Positions 25,200 through 36,204 of a stretch of 64,000 nucleotides of DNA are shown here, one piece after another. Origin of the DNA: Anthoceros angustus. Lineage: Eukaryota; Plantae; Anthocerotophyta. A program made the position numbers and the translations under genes. The notes under the pieces were generated by a model, which was not told the origin of the DNA, did not search any database, and saw only the letters and a program-made list of their open reading frames with translations. Within the stretch, counting starts at the first letter, position 1; every line of letters starts with the position of its first letter. The stretch spans positions 1,612,001 through 1,676,000 of the forward strand of contig MU008167.1 of NCBI GenBank assembly GCA_010909165.1. Direction: 5' to 3'.

Positions 25200-27180
25200 A
25201 CGTTCTCCATGAATTCTCCCTCTAGATAGTACCCATAACGCTTCATCAAGTTTTCATGCTGTAACTGTCCGATCCTCCTGTCAGTTAGCCAATTGGAGAT
25301 GAATTCGACGGGCACAGGTATTCTTGTTACAGATCGGTAGCTCCTCCTCAAGTTCACCTGCCAGATCTAGACAGTGTGAAATCAGTGAGTGATGCTCGAT
25401 CTGCTTCTGACACTTCTTCAGGCAAAGGAAACCCACCATGGCCAGCAAAAGTAGAGCACCAACAGCTTCTACTTTTCTTTACAAAGGCTTCTACTTTTCC
25501 TTATAAAAGATCATTTCCCAGCAGGTCAGCATGCATAGGTTAGGCTGGAATGAGCACCTGTCCCTCAAGTTGTCTGTCTCCCTAACAGGACGCGTTGCTT
25601 TCGAGCCTCTACGAAACGGGCTCAAACAGCAGTTTCTTGACATGCTCCTTCATGGCTGTTAGGGAGCTGAAGCCGTCGGTATCCTTGTAGAAAAGATGTA
25701 CGACTCTGGCCATGTGGTAAAGCACCTGCTTACAAGCCTGTAGAAATTCCAAGGCCTGAAATACCTCTTGTGTCAATTCCTCTTGAACCGCAGAAGATCC
25801 TCCATGGGAACAATGCCTGTATCAAAATAATCGATATCGTCAACCACGGTGATCAGCACTGACTTTTGAGCCCACACTCTCCGAGCGCTGCTCAGCTCCG
25901 GCTCATACATGGTACCAGCAGCTGAGAAGAAGCACTCGACCACTTTTTGCCTCGCAAAAGATAGCTTTGCAAAACCCCCTGACTCGCTCCATCTGTGATT
26001 GGCCGCAACGAGGGCATCAGCGAGAATTTCTTGTTCTACATCCACGCGAAGCTTAGCTACTCTTGAAAGTCATGTACGATGCTTTGCGAAGTATTTTCAC
26101 GCATGCACGTACCTCACAAGCTGCTCAAGCTCCTGCTGATATCGTTCCTGGCAAAGGTTGAAGTCGGCCTTGGCGAATGCTAGGAGCGTTGGGTTGTGAA
26201 GGTAATGCATTCTGACATGGAGCAGCGTCAGACATGGGATGCTGATCACACAGTACTGCCGTGCCAAACACTCGATTTCAACTTGGACGAATCCGACTTA
26301 CTTGTAATGGGTTTTGCCAATCCAGATGTCATCAGTCCCATAGTGATCCAGGTAAGCTCTGGTCTCAACTCGAGGCAGACTGGCGTAGAAGGGGAAAGTT
26401 GAAGGCACATCCCACCTCTCCAGGCAGGTCCTTGGTGATGCTCCACTTGTCGTAGACTCGGTTGGCATGCCATTTTTCCTCAAGACTCCTCCAGCAAAGT
26501 CTCCCCAGGAAACAACGTCTGTGCACATGTATGAACGTAACCCTCGTGCTATCATGATCAAGATCTGAAGCTGAAGAGAAAGAAAAGCCAATGCATCTCG
26601 ACTGCAACGATACAAAACTTTTAGTAAAATCTGGAACGTGCTCAGTCTCACCTCCACCATCGAATTGTCCCACGAGCCTGTTGAGGTACTGGAAGCACTT
26701 GTGGTCTCCAGTGTACATCAATGCGCATGCGGTGGAGGCTGGGGAGGCCAGCAAGGAGCCGTCCTTTGCATTGGAGTTTGAGGAGACGTTCCAAATCTAC
26801 GACATCCCGAAGGCCCTCCACCAAGTGCAGCAAAGTGCTGGGAGAGCTGTGCAAAATTGCCATGGGAATCCTGCAACAGCAATGAAAACCATACCATCTA
26901 GTACCCCAATTCCCAGTCCTTTTGCCTGCAATTGTGATGCAATCAGCGTCCCTGAATGCAAGTTGTGAACCTACTTCTCCAGCGGCGCTCCCTTGCAATG
27001 AGGATCTTGTGGGTGACGTCAGAGTCGTTAGTAGGGAAGGTCCAGGCCGAGCTTGCTCGCGTCCTCCATCATTCCAGGGAACGCTATCTCGAAGCCGATG
27101 AGCATATGCTGCTCATTCTCATCGGCAATCCTGTGGATGTTTTGGCGGATAAACTCACAACCTGGGATGGGAATGTTTAA
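25200..27180 (-). pseudogene. Fragmented diterpene synthase (CPS/KS-type) pseudogene
   Basis: Collinear fragments EQHMLIGFEIAFP, LLKLQCKDGSLLASPASTACALM, FYASLPRVETRAYLDHYGTDDIWIGK, LAFAKADFNLCQ, LSFARQK...YEPELSSAR...VVDDIDYFD, CKQVLYHMARVVHLFYKDTDGF...LLFEPV, with stops, frameshifts and large deletions. Confidence 0.85.
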
Positions 27181-27199
27181 ACTCACAACCTGGGATGGG

Positions 27200-27515
27200 A
27201 AGCCTCTCAGACAGCTTGATCGGAGGTGGCCTCGACGTAGGCTCATAGCCAGCATAATATTGCTCCCCAAAGACCATTCTGCCTCTCGTCGGCTGGGTAC
27301 TTTGTCGAGAGGTGAGTGACGTTGTGGGACAATTTGCAGATGGTCATTCTAGTACCCTGGTGAGTCACTAGAGTCACGTTCTCGCTGTGATGCAACTCTC
27401 GCAGTGTAGCTCCATGCACATTCATGCAATCAGATAACAAATGCCACGAGCATTGCATCACAAAGTGCCTAACATCGCATCGCAGGCATCGTTGGGTCAC
27501 ATCTTGGAATGACAC
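27200..27515. repeat. Dispersed ~300 bp repeat, copy 2, abutting the truncated 5' end of the terpene synthase relic
   Basis: Direct repeat of 22484-22800. Confidence 0.8.
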
Positions 27516-27899
27516 AGTAATGTCGTTCGTAATGTCTTTCGTAACGTCGTCTGTATCGATCAACAGTCAAGCTCAATCTGGGTTTGCAAGTCCCGAGTTG
27601 CTGTACTCGGTTATGAGTTGCAGTCCAAGGAATACATTGCTTTTTGACAGATTGTTGCGCATAAAATACACGACATGTTTGTTGGAGGTCAATTATTATC
27701 AACATATTACCTCACTCCCAATTGCTACATTTTTTATTAGACTTGATCGTGGCTTTAATTCAATCTCATAAGGCTTTAGAACACACGGTCCTGTAGCATT
27801 GTTTACAAAAGAGGATGAGTAGTACCCCATCCCAACAATGATTTGACTCAAGAGTGCTTGACTCTTTTTAGCGCTTTTTACAACAGGAGATGGATAACA

Positions 27900-28325
27900 C
27901 CCCATTCCAACTGTGATCCGAATTAAGGGTGCTTAATTGTCATTGTTTGTCCGTTTTTACAACATGAGATGGGTAGTACCCATCCCAGCTATGTCACATA
28001 GCCATCTTGTGATCCAAATGCAAACCCCATTCCAACTGTGATCAACATGAGATGGGTAGTACCCATCCCAGCTATGTCACATAGCCATCTTGTGATCCAA
28101 ATGCAAACCCCATTCCAACTGTGATCCGAATTAAGGGTGCTTAATTGTCATTGTTTGTCCGTGTTTACAACATGAGATGGGTAGTACCCATCCCAGCTAT
28201 GTCACATAGCCATCTTGTGATCCAAATGCAAATCTTGTGCACGATTTCTAGTCACGGCTTTTGTGAATGAGCTCCACGAATGGCTGGTCACGGCTTTTGT
28301 GAATGAGCTCCACGAATGGCTGGCT
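27900..28325. repeat. Nested local tandem duplications
   Basis: CAACATGAGATGGGTAGTACC...GTGATCCAAATGCAAA x3; GTCACGGCTTTTGTGAATGAGCTCCACGAATGGCTG x2. Confidence 0.85.
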
Positions 28326-28665
28326 GTTTCATGTTCATTGTTGGTCTCATATATACAGGTGATGTGGTTGCAGTCTTGTTACAGATCCACGCGGAACTAC
28401 TCTACCCACATTCTGGCACGTTTTTAGAACGTGCTTCTAGCCTATAGCTGTATATCTACTATTTATCCTACATGTCAATCAGGTATTTATATCGTATAAA
28501 TATGATCTATGGCGTATTACAGGATTAGGTATTTCGAAAACGGAAAGGAAACGGGTTGTCATCATCTTAGCGTCAGCTGGCTATGCATCCATAGCTGGGC
28601 TCGTGCTCGGTCTGTTGAGCTCTGGTCTCATGCATGGATGGGCGGTTCATGCATTCGTAACAAAG
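28200..28665. repeat. Dispersed ~450 bp repeat, related to 40635-41050
   Basis: Shared GTCACATA-CCATCTTGTGATCCA, TTTTGTGAATGAGCTC, TGTATATCTACTATTTATC, AACGGAAAGGAAA, TCTGTTGAGCTCTGGTCTC. Confidence 0.75.
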
Positions 28666-28846
28666 ATGCTTAACTCATGGGCCCTTCTTCTTTTGTTAAG
28701 TGTGACATCTAATTGTGGTCCATTGCTAGATTTTCTATCAGCATATAACGTATGATACATTATTTAAGAAATAAAAAATAATTATCTATAAATAAAAATA
28801 TTAATGAAAAGTAAAAGAAACTTCTAGTTTAATGACTTCCCTTATC

Positions 28847-29380
28847 TTATGTTGTTTCATCGTTACGATTTAGATCTATATCAATTGGAGGTCCCGGCAC
28901 ATAAGGACAACTATCTAGCATCTCACGAGTTGAATAGCGCAAATAACATTTTTGAGTAAGAATGGATGCCTCGTTTGTAACACCTCCGCAGAATGGACCC
29001 AAAAGTTTTTTTCTAGAAGCCTCTAAACACATTATACAATCCACCCATGAGATCATGGTAACTTGATTTTCATAGCATGTAGCAACTCCCCATAATGATG
29101 GTCCAAATGGTAGGAGAGGGGTTCGAAATATCACGTAGAAGGGAAGCACTCTAGGTATTGTGAACATTCCATCTTGAAGCCTGCTTAGTCTCGAAATGAG
29201 TGTCTTTACAGCAGTTCGTATAAACAAATTCTTCAAAGAATCTGAGACAATAGATCCACAATTCCATTCAATGATATCTTGAGCTTGTGCTCCACTCAAG
29301 TAAATAAGAAGCCAAATACTTAAGCTCGTCATTATTATTGTCTTGTATGTAAATGTGTGAGATAAGACCAAATAATACAT
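28847..29380 (-). CDS. Secreted Gnk2/DUF26-like cysteine-rich protein, copy 2 (closest paralog of copy 1)
   Basis: Signal peptide ending AQA; same 7-Cys pattern; upstream ~800 bp also homologous to that of copy 1. Confidence 0.87.
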   Translation of the reverse strand: MYYLVLSHTFTYKTIIMTSLSIWLLIYLSGAQAQDIIEWNCGSIVSDSLKNLFIRTAVKTLISRLSRLQDGMFTIPRVLPFYVIFRTPLLPFGPSLWGVATCYENQVTMISWVDCIMCLEASRKKLLGPFCGGVTNEASILTQKCYLRYSTREMLDSCPYVPGPPIDIDLNRNDETT

Positions 29381-30809
29381 TTTATTAGTAAAATAATATA
29401 ATCTAGTTTGTCTTGTTTCAATGGATCATCCTCCCTTCTATATCTACACTACATCATCTCATCAAGACTACTAAAATATATCAGCTCACGGAACAAATAA
29501 ATAAGGAGCTCTTGATATAAATTTTTTTTTTGAAATGTGTAAAGAAACATAAAAATAGACCGCAAAGTTATTGGTCAAATAAACAAAAAGATGAATTCAC
29601 ATAATTAAGAAGGATTCATCCTCGTGCTACTTTAGCTTTTAAGTACTAAATGACATGCTCGTGCTACTTATGGTCTACGAGATAACAAGAGCCAATTCAT
29701 GTATTATTAGAGTGCACATGTTTTTTTAGTGGAGTTGTACCTTTACCTATCATTGATAAAATTTACAAATCAATTCAAAACTCAGTGTGAATGACAATTT
29801 ATCCTACTATTTGGAAGTGATAGGAATTTGATTGAATTCAAACTATTCTAAATTATGAGAATATTCATATTGCTTTTTAACGTATGTGCATTCTTTATTA
29901 TAAGATACAGGCATGAACTGGTCATTTAATATATGAGAAAAGGATCCATCTAACATAGAACAACTTGGGTGAGACATCGAGGGCAGCTGTTTCATATATA
30001 TATTATTTTGAAAGTTAAACTAACAAGTAGATGAAGAATAAACAAATTGAAATGATGGATACATTCATATTTGTTTAATCTTTTTAAATGATTGTGATAA
30101 TGTCAAGACAGCTGTCTAAAGGTGTTGTACATGTCCACATAATGCATTTTGAGAATTGAGATATAGTATGTTGCTAAAGAATTTTATATTCTAGGATTAT
30201 TCAAAGGGTAGGAGCTAAAGCTCTATAATCATATGGCCGGTTGAGTGGATGCTCAAAGATGTGATGAGGCAAATCTTTTGAGATTTGTTTGGTGGCAGCT
30301 TTGGGAAGAGTGTTCACCTGCCAAGATAGCTGAAGATAGGGAGTGTAGGGATGAGAGCAAATGTGCTCCTTGCGGCTCTGCAACTTGTACCTAGGAATAT
30401 GTGTACTTAGAATATAAGAGGAGGTACATGAGAAATGATAAAAGAGCCCGTACAGGGGCATGGCTTTTAGTAGTGTCCATCATGTTCAGTGTTCACAAAG
30501 TGTTGTCTACGTATTTTGTCATGATTGTCTCCATGTCGTAACTTGTCCCGTTGTTTGGAAGTATTGTGCCTCGTTTATGTCTACTAGCTTTGGAAGTAAT
30601 GTACATGTTTATGTCAACTAGCAGTCGATTGCTATGCGCTATCCTAATATCTTGGCCTTCTTTTATGTGCAGTAGTTAGGAGTGCTTGTCACATTGTTGT
30701 GATGCTTGGCAAGACCGCCCCACAAGAGGCCTGGGATTTCCATTGTTCCAATTGCTTTGAATGACGCTTATGCAGAGTGCTAACCGGCTTGTGTACTGAC
30801 TAGTCCTTT

Positions 30810-31090
30810 GTGCAATTCACATATTCTTGTTTAGTAGTGTAGCACTCCAGGTGGTCCCTGCAATTCACATATTCTTGTTTAGTAGTGTAGCACTCCAGGT
30901 GGGACCAGGAGGCAACTAGGGTTTAGGGTTTCTTTGTGCAATTCACATATTCTTGTTTAGTAGTGTAGCACCCCAGGTGGGACCAGGAGGCAACTAGGGT
31001 TTAGGGTTTCTTTGTGCAATTCACATATTCTTGTTTAGTAGTGGAGCACCCCATGTGGGACCAGGAGGCAACTAGGGTTCAGGGTTTCCT
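30810..31090. repeat. 78-bp tandem repeat containing telomere-like CTAGGGTTTAGGGTTT
   Basis: Units start at 30859, 30937 and 31015, plus a partial unit at ~30812. Confidence 0.85.
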
Positions 31091-32001
31091 TCTTGCCTAG
31101 GCTGGCCTCCTCTACCTGAATCTCATCCTTATGCTTACGGCCCACTTGGCCACTGATTAGCTGGCTCTGTACATATTCATCAAGCTTGGATCCTTTACTG
31201 GCTTTGCAGCTGACGTGATGGAGATTCTGGAGGCTATGAGGCTAGGGCAAGAGAAAGATATGGTCTTCAATCAGCCCTAAGCTAGAAGAGCTTTGGAGGA
31301 TGTTGGTGGCCAGCTGATCGAGTTGTGAAAATGAGGAGGCTGTGCAGTTGATGTGATTCTGATACGAGGACAAGAGAAAGGTACAATGCATCCAGCCTAG
31401 AGGAAAGCAAGTCTGGGGAAGATCCCACATAAGAAGACCACATTTTGAGTTCCGCATTGTCTATAGCTTTGCAAAGTGTTTCCATGGGTCCAACTTATAA
31501 TCCATATCGTAACAAACTTGTGATTACGCGCCCTTAGTTGATGACAACAAACAACACCTCAACATCAACCATAATTCAAACCTATTCAGAAGACACACTG
31601 ATTTCCATAAGATTAAATACGTGACAAATCAATCAATCTATGTCCACGGCAAGGTGATTCATGGTAAATGGCTTTAAAAATTATAGACTATCCATGGTAT
31701 TTTAGTGTGAAACATGAAGGCCGTCCGTTCGGGCGAGGAGACGAACGAGCATCAAACGAGATGACCTTGAGAGAGGTACGCGGGACATGGAACTTCGTTA
31801 AAAAATTCACACTCCTTTATCCACTGACAGTCTGACATATCCGGTGCAACGTTTCAGCTTTTGATTGGTGAGCTTGGCTCTTAGCATCGAGTAGGGAACA
31901 AATTTAGGACTCCGTCTACGCAGTTCACATTGCACCAGCCACGCTAGCCAGAAGCGGAAGAGGAAGAGCGGCAGGGGAAGGAAAAGCGGAAAGGAGCAAA
32001 A

Positions 32002-32433
32002 ATGCCTCAGATCTACGTGAACCTGCCGGTGCGGGATCTGGCAGCGTCCAAGAAGTTCTTCTCTTCGCTAGGTTTCTCGTTCAATCCTCAGTTCTCCAAT
32101 GAGGAAGCGGCGTGCTTGGTTGTGGACAAAAACATCTTCGTGATGCTGTTAGTGGAGAAGCGGTTTAAAGAGTTCATCAATGGCGAGATCTCCGACACAA
32201 GCAAGGCAACTGAGGTTCTCATCTGCCTGTCGGCCGACAGTAGGGAGCATGTGGATGACATGGTAGGGAAGGCCCTCGCCGCCGGCGGGAAGCACTGGAA
32301 ACCTAAGATGGAGCACGGTTTCATGTACGGCTGGAGCTTCCAGGACCTGGACGGCCATGTCTGGGAGCTTGGCCACATGCCGCAGCAAGAGCCGCCGCAG
32401 GAAGGCGCCGGTGCGCATGCTCACCAGGCTTAG
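32002..32433 (+). CDS. Bacterial-type VOC/glyoxalase-bleomycin resistance family protein (COG3607-like), intronless
   Basis: IYVNLPVRDLAASKKFF..LGF.FNPQFS, IFVMLL, EVLICLSADSREHVD, HGFMYGWSFQDLDGHVWE; GC-rich intact ORF. Confidence 0.9.
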   Translation: MPQIYVNLPVRDLAASKKFFSSLGFSFNPQFSNEEAACLVVDKNIFVMLLVEKRFKEFINGEISDTSKATEVLICLSADSREHVDDMVGKALAAGGKHWKPKMEHGFMYGWSFQDLDGHVWELGHMPQQEPPQEGAGAHAHQA

Positions 32434-33007
32434 GGCTTTACACCGATGTCTCACCTCGCTGAGCAGCATAGCTCGGCTTGAATCGTGACTTCATGCTTTC
32501 TTTCATTGCCGGAGTTTTGTCGCCAATCCGGAGCTTGGATCTGATCTTGCTGCATTTAGCGACCTCCCCGCTTGCAGAAGTTCATCGATCTTAGGTAGTT
32601 GAAGCCCAGCTGCCAGGGCTTGCAAATGTACATGTATATGCCGTGGTAGTTGTCATGTTCGTCTGTCATTCGGCACGCAGGGCACCTGTGTAAGAAAGAT
32701 ATTGGGCCAATTTCGAATGTCGAGTTTGTCCACCGAGTTGAAGTCATGTCACAGCAGTGACCATGGCCGGCAGCACGCACATCACAAGAGGTATCGAGAT
32801 ATTTGGCATATACATACTTCCTTTTTTCATTATTAGAAAAAAATTAATATATGTAATTTGAGTAATTAGCTGAATAGCCTATTTAGCTTGATTACGGGAC
32901 TCATCCCCCTTTATCAAATGTGGTTGGACGCGGCCTTCTTGGCTTAGGCCAAATGGACATACATTTATAAGAACGTCGTTATCAAGCATTCTTGGCTTAG
33001 GCCAAAG

Positions 33008-33257
33008 TTGCTGCCCAAGCCTGTCATCGCCATGGTGGTCGGGTACACTTTCAGAGGTGGACACATTGTGCACATCGTTTCTGATCTCACAATTACAGCT
33101 GACGATGCCATGTTTGGGCAGACCTGTCCGAAGGTTGGAAGCTTCAATGTTGGATATGGATGAACCATGATGGTTAAAAGAGTGGTCGACCAGAGATAAA
33201 ACCCGTGAGATGTGGTTCCTAGCAAGGTTTGACAATACACGGGAGGCCAAGGAGATG
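33008..33257 (+). pseudogene. menB: MenB/DHNS (naphthoate synthase) gene fragment
   Basis: Manual translation [50 protein letters not shown] then, frameshifted, KTREMWFLARFDNTREAKEM. Confidence 0.8.
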
Positions 33258-34339
33258 CGCCCCTGTTCCGTTGGAGGTATTGGACAGTGGTGAGTGATCT
33301 AGGGCACTCGCTGGGTGACTCGCTGGGGTTGGGGTGGCCAAATCTGGACGCCTGGTGATGTGGGCTGCAGCATCGAAGCATGAGAACTTCGGCAAAGCCA
33401 CCATCCTGCAGGAAGTTCCAGCTGGTGGGCCACTGAATTGATTTTCCTAGTGACTGAATTGATCTGCCCAGTGATTCGAATATGGCCAGCATATCGATAG
33501 GATAGTTTTTGTCTTATGTCAGGCTGGGGTATCTGTGCGGCTGCTGGGCTGGGGGTGACTGGTGACTGGTGGCTGCCGGGCTCGTTATGGACTGTTGTGC
33601 TGGTGCTGGGTACCTGGAGACTGGGTACCTGTTGTGTTAAGGTGCTGGGTGACTGGGGACTGTCCGACTCCACTATTCCTGCATCCAACATGTCCATAAT
33701 TTGTGTCTGTCAGACTTCGGAGCTGCCAGGTTTGCTGCTGCAGAATCCGGCCAGGAATTTCCTGGGGGACCTGTATCTTGGACCTGGGCTGGGACGTGGT
33801 GGATCCATGCGCTGAGGTGCTCGCTGGTGGAATGTCTATTGAGCAGATGCTGGGTTTGCTGCAATTGGGACATCTGTTGGACAATGGTGAGTGGGCTAGG
33901 GTACTTGGGTGAAACTCTTGTGCTGGCTAGCACTGGGCTGGGCTGGGTTTTGCTGGTTGCTTACTGGTGGTTGTGGGCTGTGGAGCTAGATTTGTCTGTG
34001 TTGGGACAACATTTGACCTGGGCATGGCTGATTTGGGTTGATCACCTCTGCTGTCATGTGTGGGGCTAAAGATGAATGATGAATCCGGAGTGGGCGTTCC
34101 ACCACTGGAACGTCCTACAATTTTTCCCTGGAAGCTCGAGCTGCAGTATGCATTGATGACTTGACTAAGCTGCGGAAATTGAAGTATGCCGATTGTTTCA
34201 GTTGTGCAACTGACGCTTGACATCCATTCAGGGTTGCCATGTTCCTTCTGCAGGCTCATCTTCTCCATCATTTCTCTGGTTTCTGCCATGTGTACAGTAT
34301 TTTTCCCTTGTTTCTGCCATGTCTGCGTCATTCCTCTTG

Positions 34340-34640
34340 TTTCTACCATACCTCCACCTACCAGCTCCAGCGTATATGTCTGACATCAGTACATGTGCTG
34401 CTGGGCATCTTGGGTTGAGCTTCAACATGGGTTCGAAGGCACACCTTCCTAACTCCACGTTATGATGTGTACAGCAAGCGTCAAGCAAGAATCCGGCCAC
34501 ACAACTGCCTGAAGCATATAGTCCAAAGTGTTCATAGTTAATTAGCCTTTTGCCATGCTGATCATCTCTCGCAATCCTAGCATTCCGCGACACCATGTTC
34601 TTATCGGGAAGTCCATCAAAGACTGCTCTTTCATGTCTTA
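34340..34640 (-). pseudogene. PPR gene fragment (S/P motif joined to E-domain piece)
   Basis: RAVFDGLPDKNMVSRNARI...LLDACCTHHNVELGRCAFEPMLKLNPRCPAAHVLMSDIYAGAGRW. Confidence 0.8.
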
Positions 34641-35676
34641 CATCTGCAAAATAGCCAGCCTTGGCTCCAGCACACCAGAAGTAGCTCCAGCGCCCAGCTA
34701 TCGCCCCAGCTCGGCGGCCCCCAGCACTGCAGGTACCTTTGCTCAAACAGCCCGTGATGCAGGACCCTCAGCACCAGCACAACCCAAGGCTCCCAATCGG
34801 ATCCTCCAGCAGCGGACAGGCCAATAGCGCACCCGCACAGTCACAGAACAGTAGGCCCAACAAGTTCCCAGACAGGATCCTTCAACGCCAAGAATGCCAG
34901 CTTCGGTCTTGGTCAGTGCAGGATTATCTTGTAGGATGGACGGGCGAGACAGATGACGCAGCCACATGGGACCTGCGACCTCTTTCTCCAGTTTTCCAAG
35001 TTCCGTCAGATCATCACCGGCCAGGAGGACCAGGCCTCTCTGAAGGGGGGAGAATGTCACAGCAGTGACCATGGCCGGCAGCAACACGAGCACGGGCATC
35101 AGACTCGAAACCCAAGTCGGAACAGGTATCGAGATATTTGGCATATACCTTCATTTCCTGTAATTGAAAAATGGAACTAATACGTGTAATTCAAGTAGCC
35201 TTCACCACCACATATGTACAGGACTCGTCGGTAAGAATAATGAGACAACGATTTTTGGAGGCTCAAGTCAGATATATAAAGGTAGCAATTCTAGATATGA
35301 CAAATTATGCTTCAATTTGTCACCACAAGTTTGTAAGCTCAAGCTTCGAAGATCGACTTTGTTTCTTAAATCTCCAGAGCCAAGTAAGCTCAAGCTTCGA
35401 AGACTGACTTTGTTTCTTAAGTCTCCGAAGCCAATCCAATAGTTGTGGAAGGACAGAATGTTTTCGGAATGTTACTAGTTTTTCTTAGAAAGTATTAAAT
35501 ATGTAATGTTTTTAATAGAAGTATTTTTTGATATTTTTTTCTTGAAGGATAAGTTTATCCTACAACAAAATATCTACCAAAAGAAAATTGAAATAGGCTT
35601 TTATGTGGACTTCTAAAGTTAGTAATTTATATGCTTTAAATCCAATCTATATAAAAAAAAATATCTATGGATAAAC

Positions 35677-36204
35677 TTATGGTAGGATTGTTTGCCAATT
35701 TACGTCAAACAAATCTACATCAGATGGATTTGGGGGCACATTTGGACAACTATCTAATTGACTTCTAGTTGAATATCTAAGATAACAATCATGAACAAGA
35801 ATTGATCCTTCAGCAGGTATGCCTCTACATAGTTGAAAAAGTTGGCCTTTGAGAGCCACTAAACATTGATAACAGTCCTCCCAAGTGACTAAGGTAAAGT
35901 GATTTTGGTAACAAGTTATTACACCCCATACTAGTTCTCCCGGTAAAAAAGGAGTTGTGTAAGAACTGTAATGTGGAAGGGCCCCAGGTTGTAAGAATAG
36001 AAGATGTTGAAGTTGTGCAGGTCGGCTTATAAGCGTGTCCAATGCTGTAGATATAAATAGTCGTTGTAGCGGTGAATATACAAGCGGCTTCTCGCAATAG
36101 TGTTGGATTCTTTGTAGATTAGGTTCTCCATTTGCTAACCAGCAAAAGAATATAGTAAATAGCATTATTTTTTTATGATATAGGTTGAAATATTTTAAAA
36201 TCAT
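35677..36204 (-). CDS. Secreted Gnk2/DUF26-like cysteine-rich protein, copy 3
   Basis: Signal peptide, PNLQRIQHYC, WGVITC-X12-CYQC, DCYLRYST, LDSCP. Confidence 0.87.
   Translation of the reverse strand: MILKYFNLYHKKIMLFTIFFCWLANGEPNLQRIQHYCEKPLVYSPLQRLFISTALDTLISRPAQLQHLLFLQPGALPHYSSYTTPFLPGELVWGVITCYQNHFTLVTWEDCYQCLVALKGQLFQLCRGIPAEGSILVHDCYLRYSTRSQLDSCPNVPPNPSDVDLFDVNWQTILP

Larger units (their letters stand above)
32747..35210 (+). mobile_element. Non-autonomous/degenerate Ty3-gypsy chromovirus-derived LTR element
   Basis: Direct repeats starting TGTCACAGCAGTGACCATGGCCGGCAGCA at 32747 and 35055; polypurine tract GAAGGGGGGAGAA just before the second; chromodomain relic PDRILQRQ..LRSWSVQDYLVGWTGETDDAATW upstream of the tract. 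Confidence 0.75.

Noticed and set aside
30810-31090. CRISPR-like array
   Set aside because: Units are near-identical along their full length with no unique spacers; eukaryotic context and no cas genes. The same applies to the repeats at 24899 and 51439
1-33257. Phylloquinone pathway cluster (thioesterases plus MenB)
   Set aside because: The MenB piece is a dead fragment more than 30 kb away inside an LTR relic, and the thioesterases look ACOT13-like rather than DHNA-CoA thioesterases
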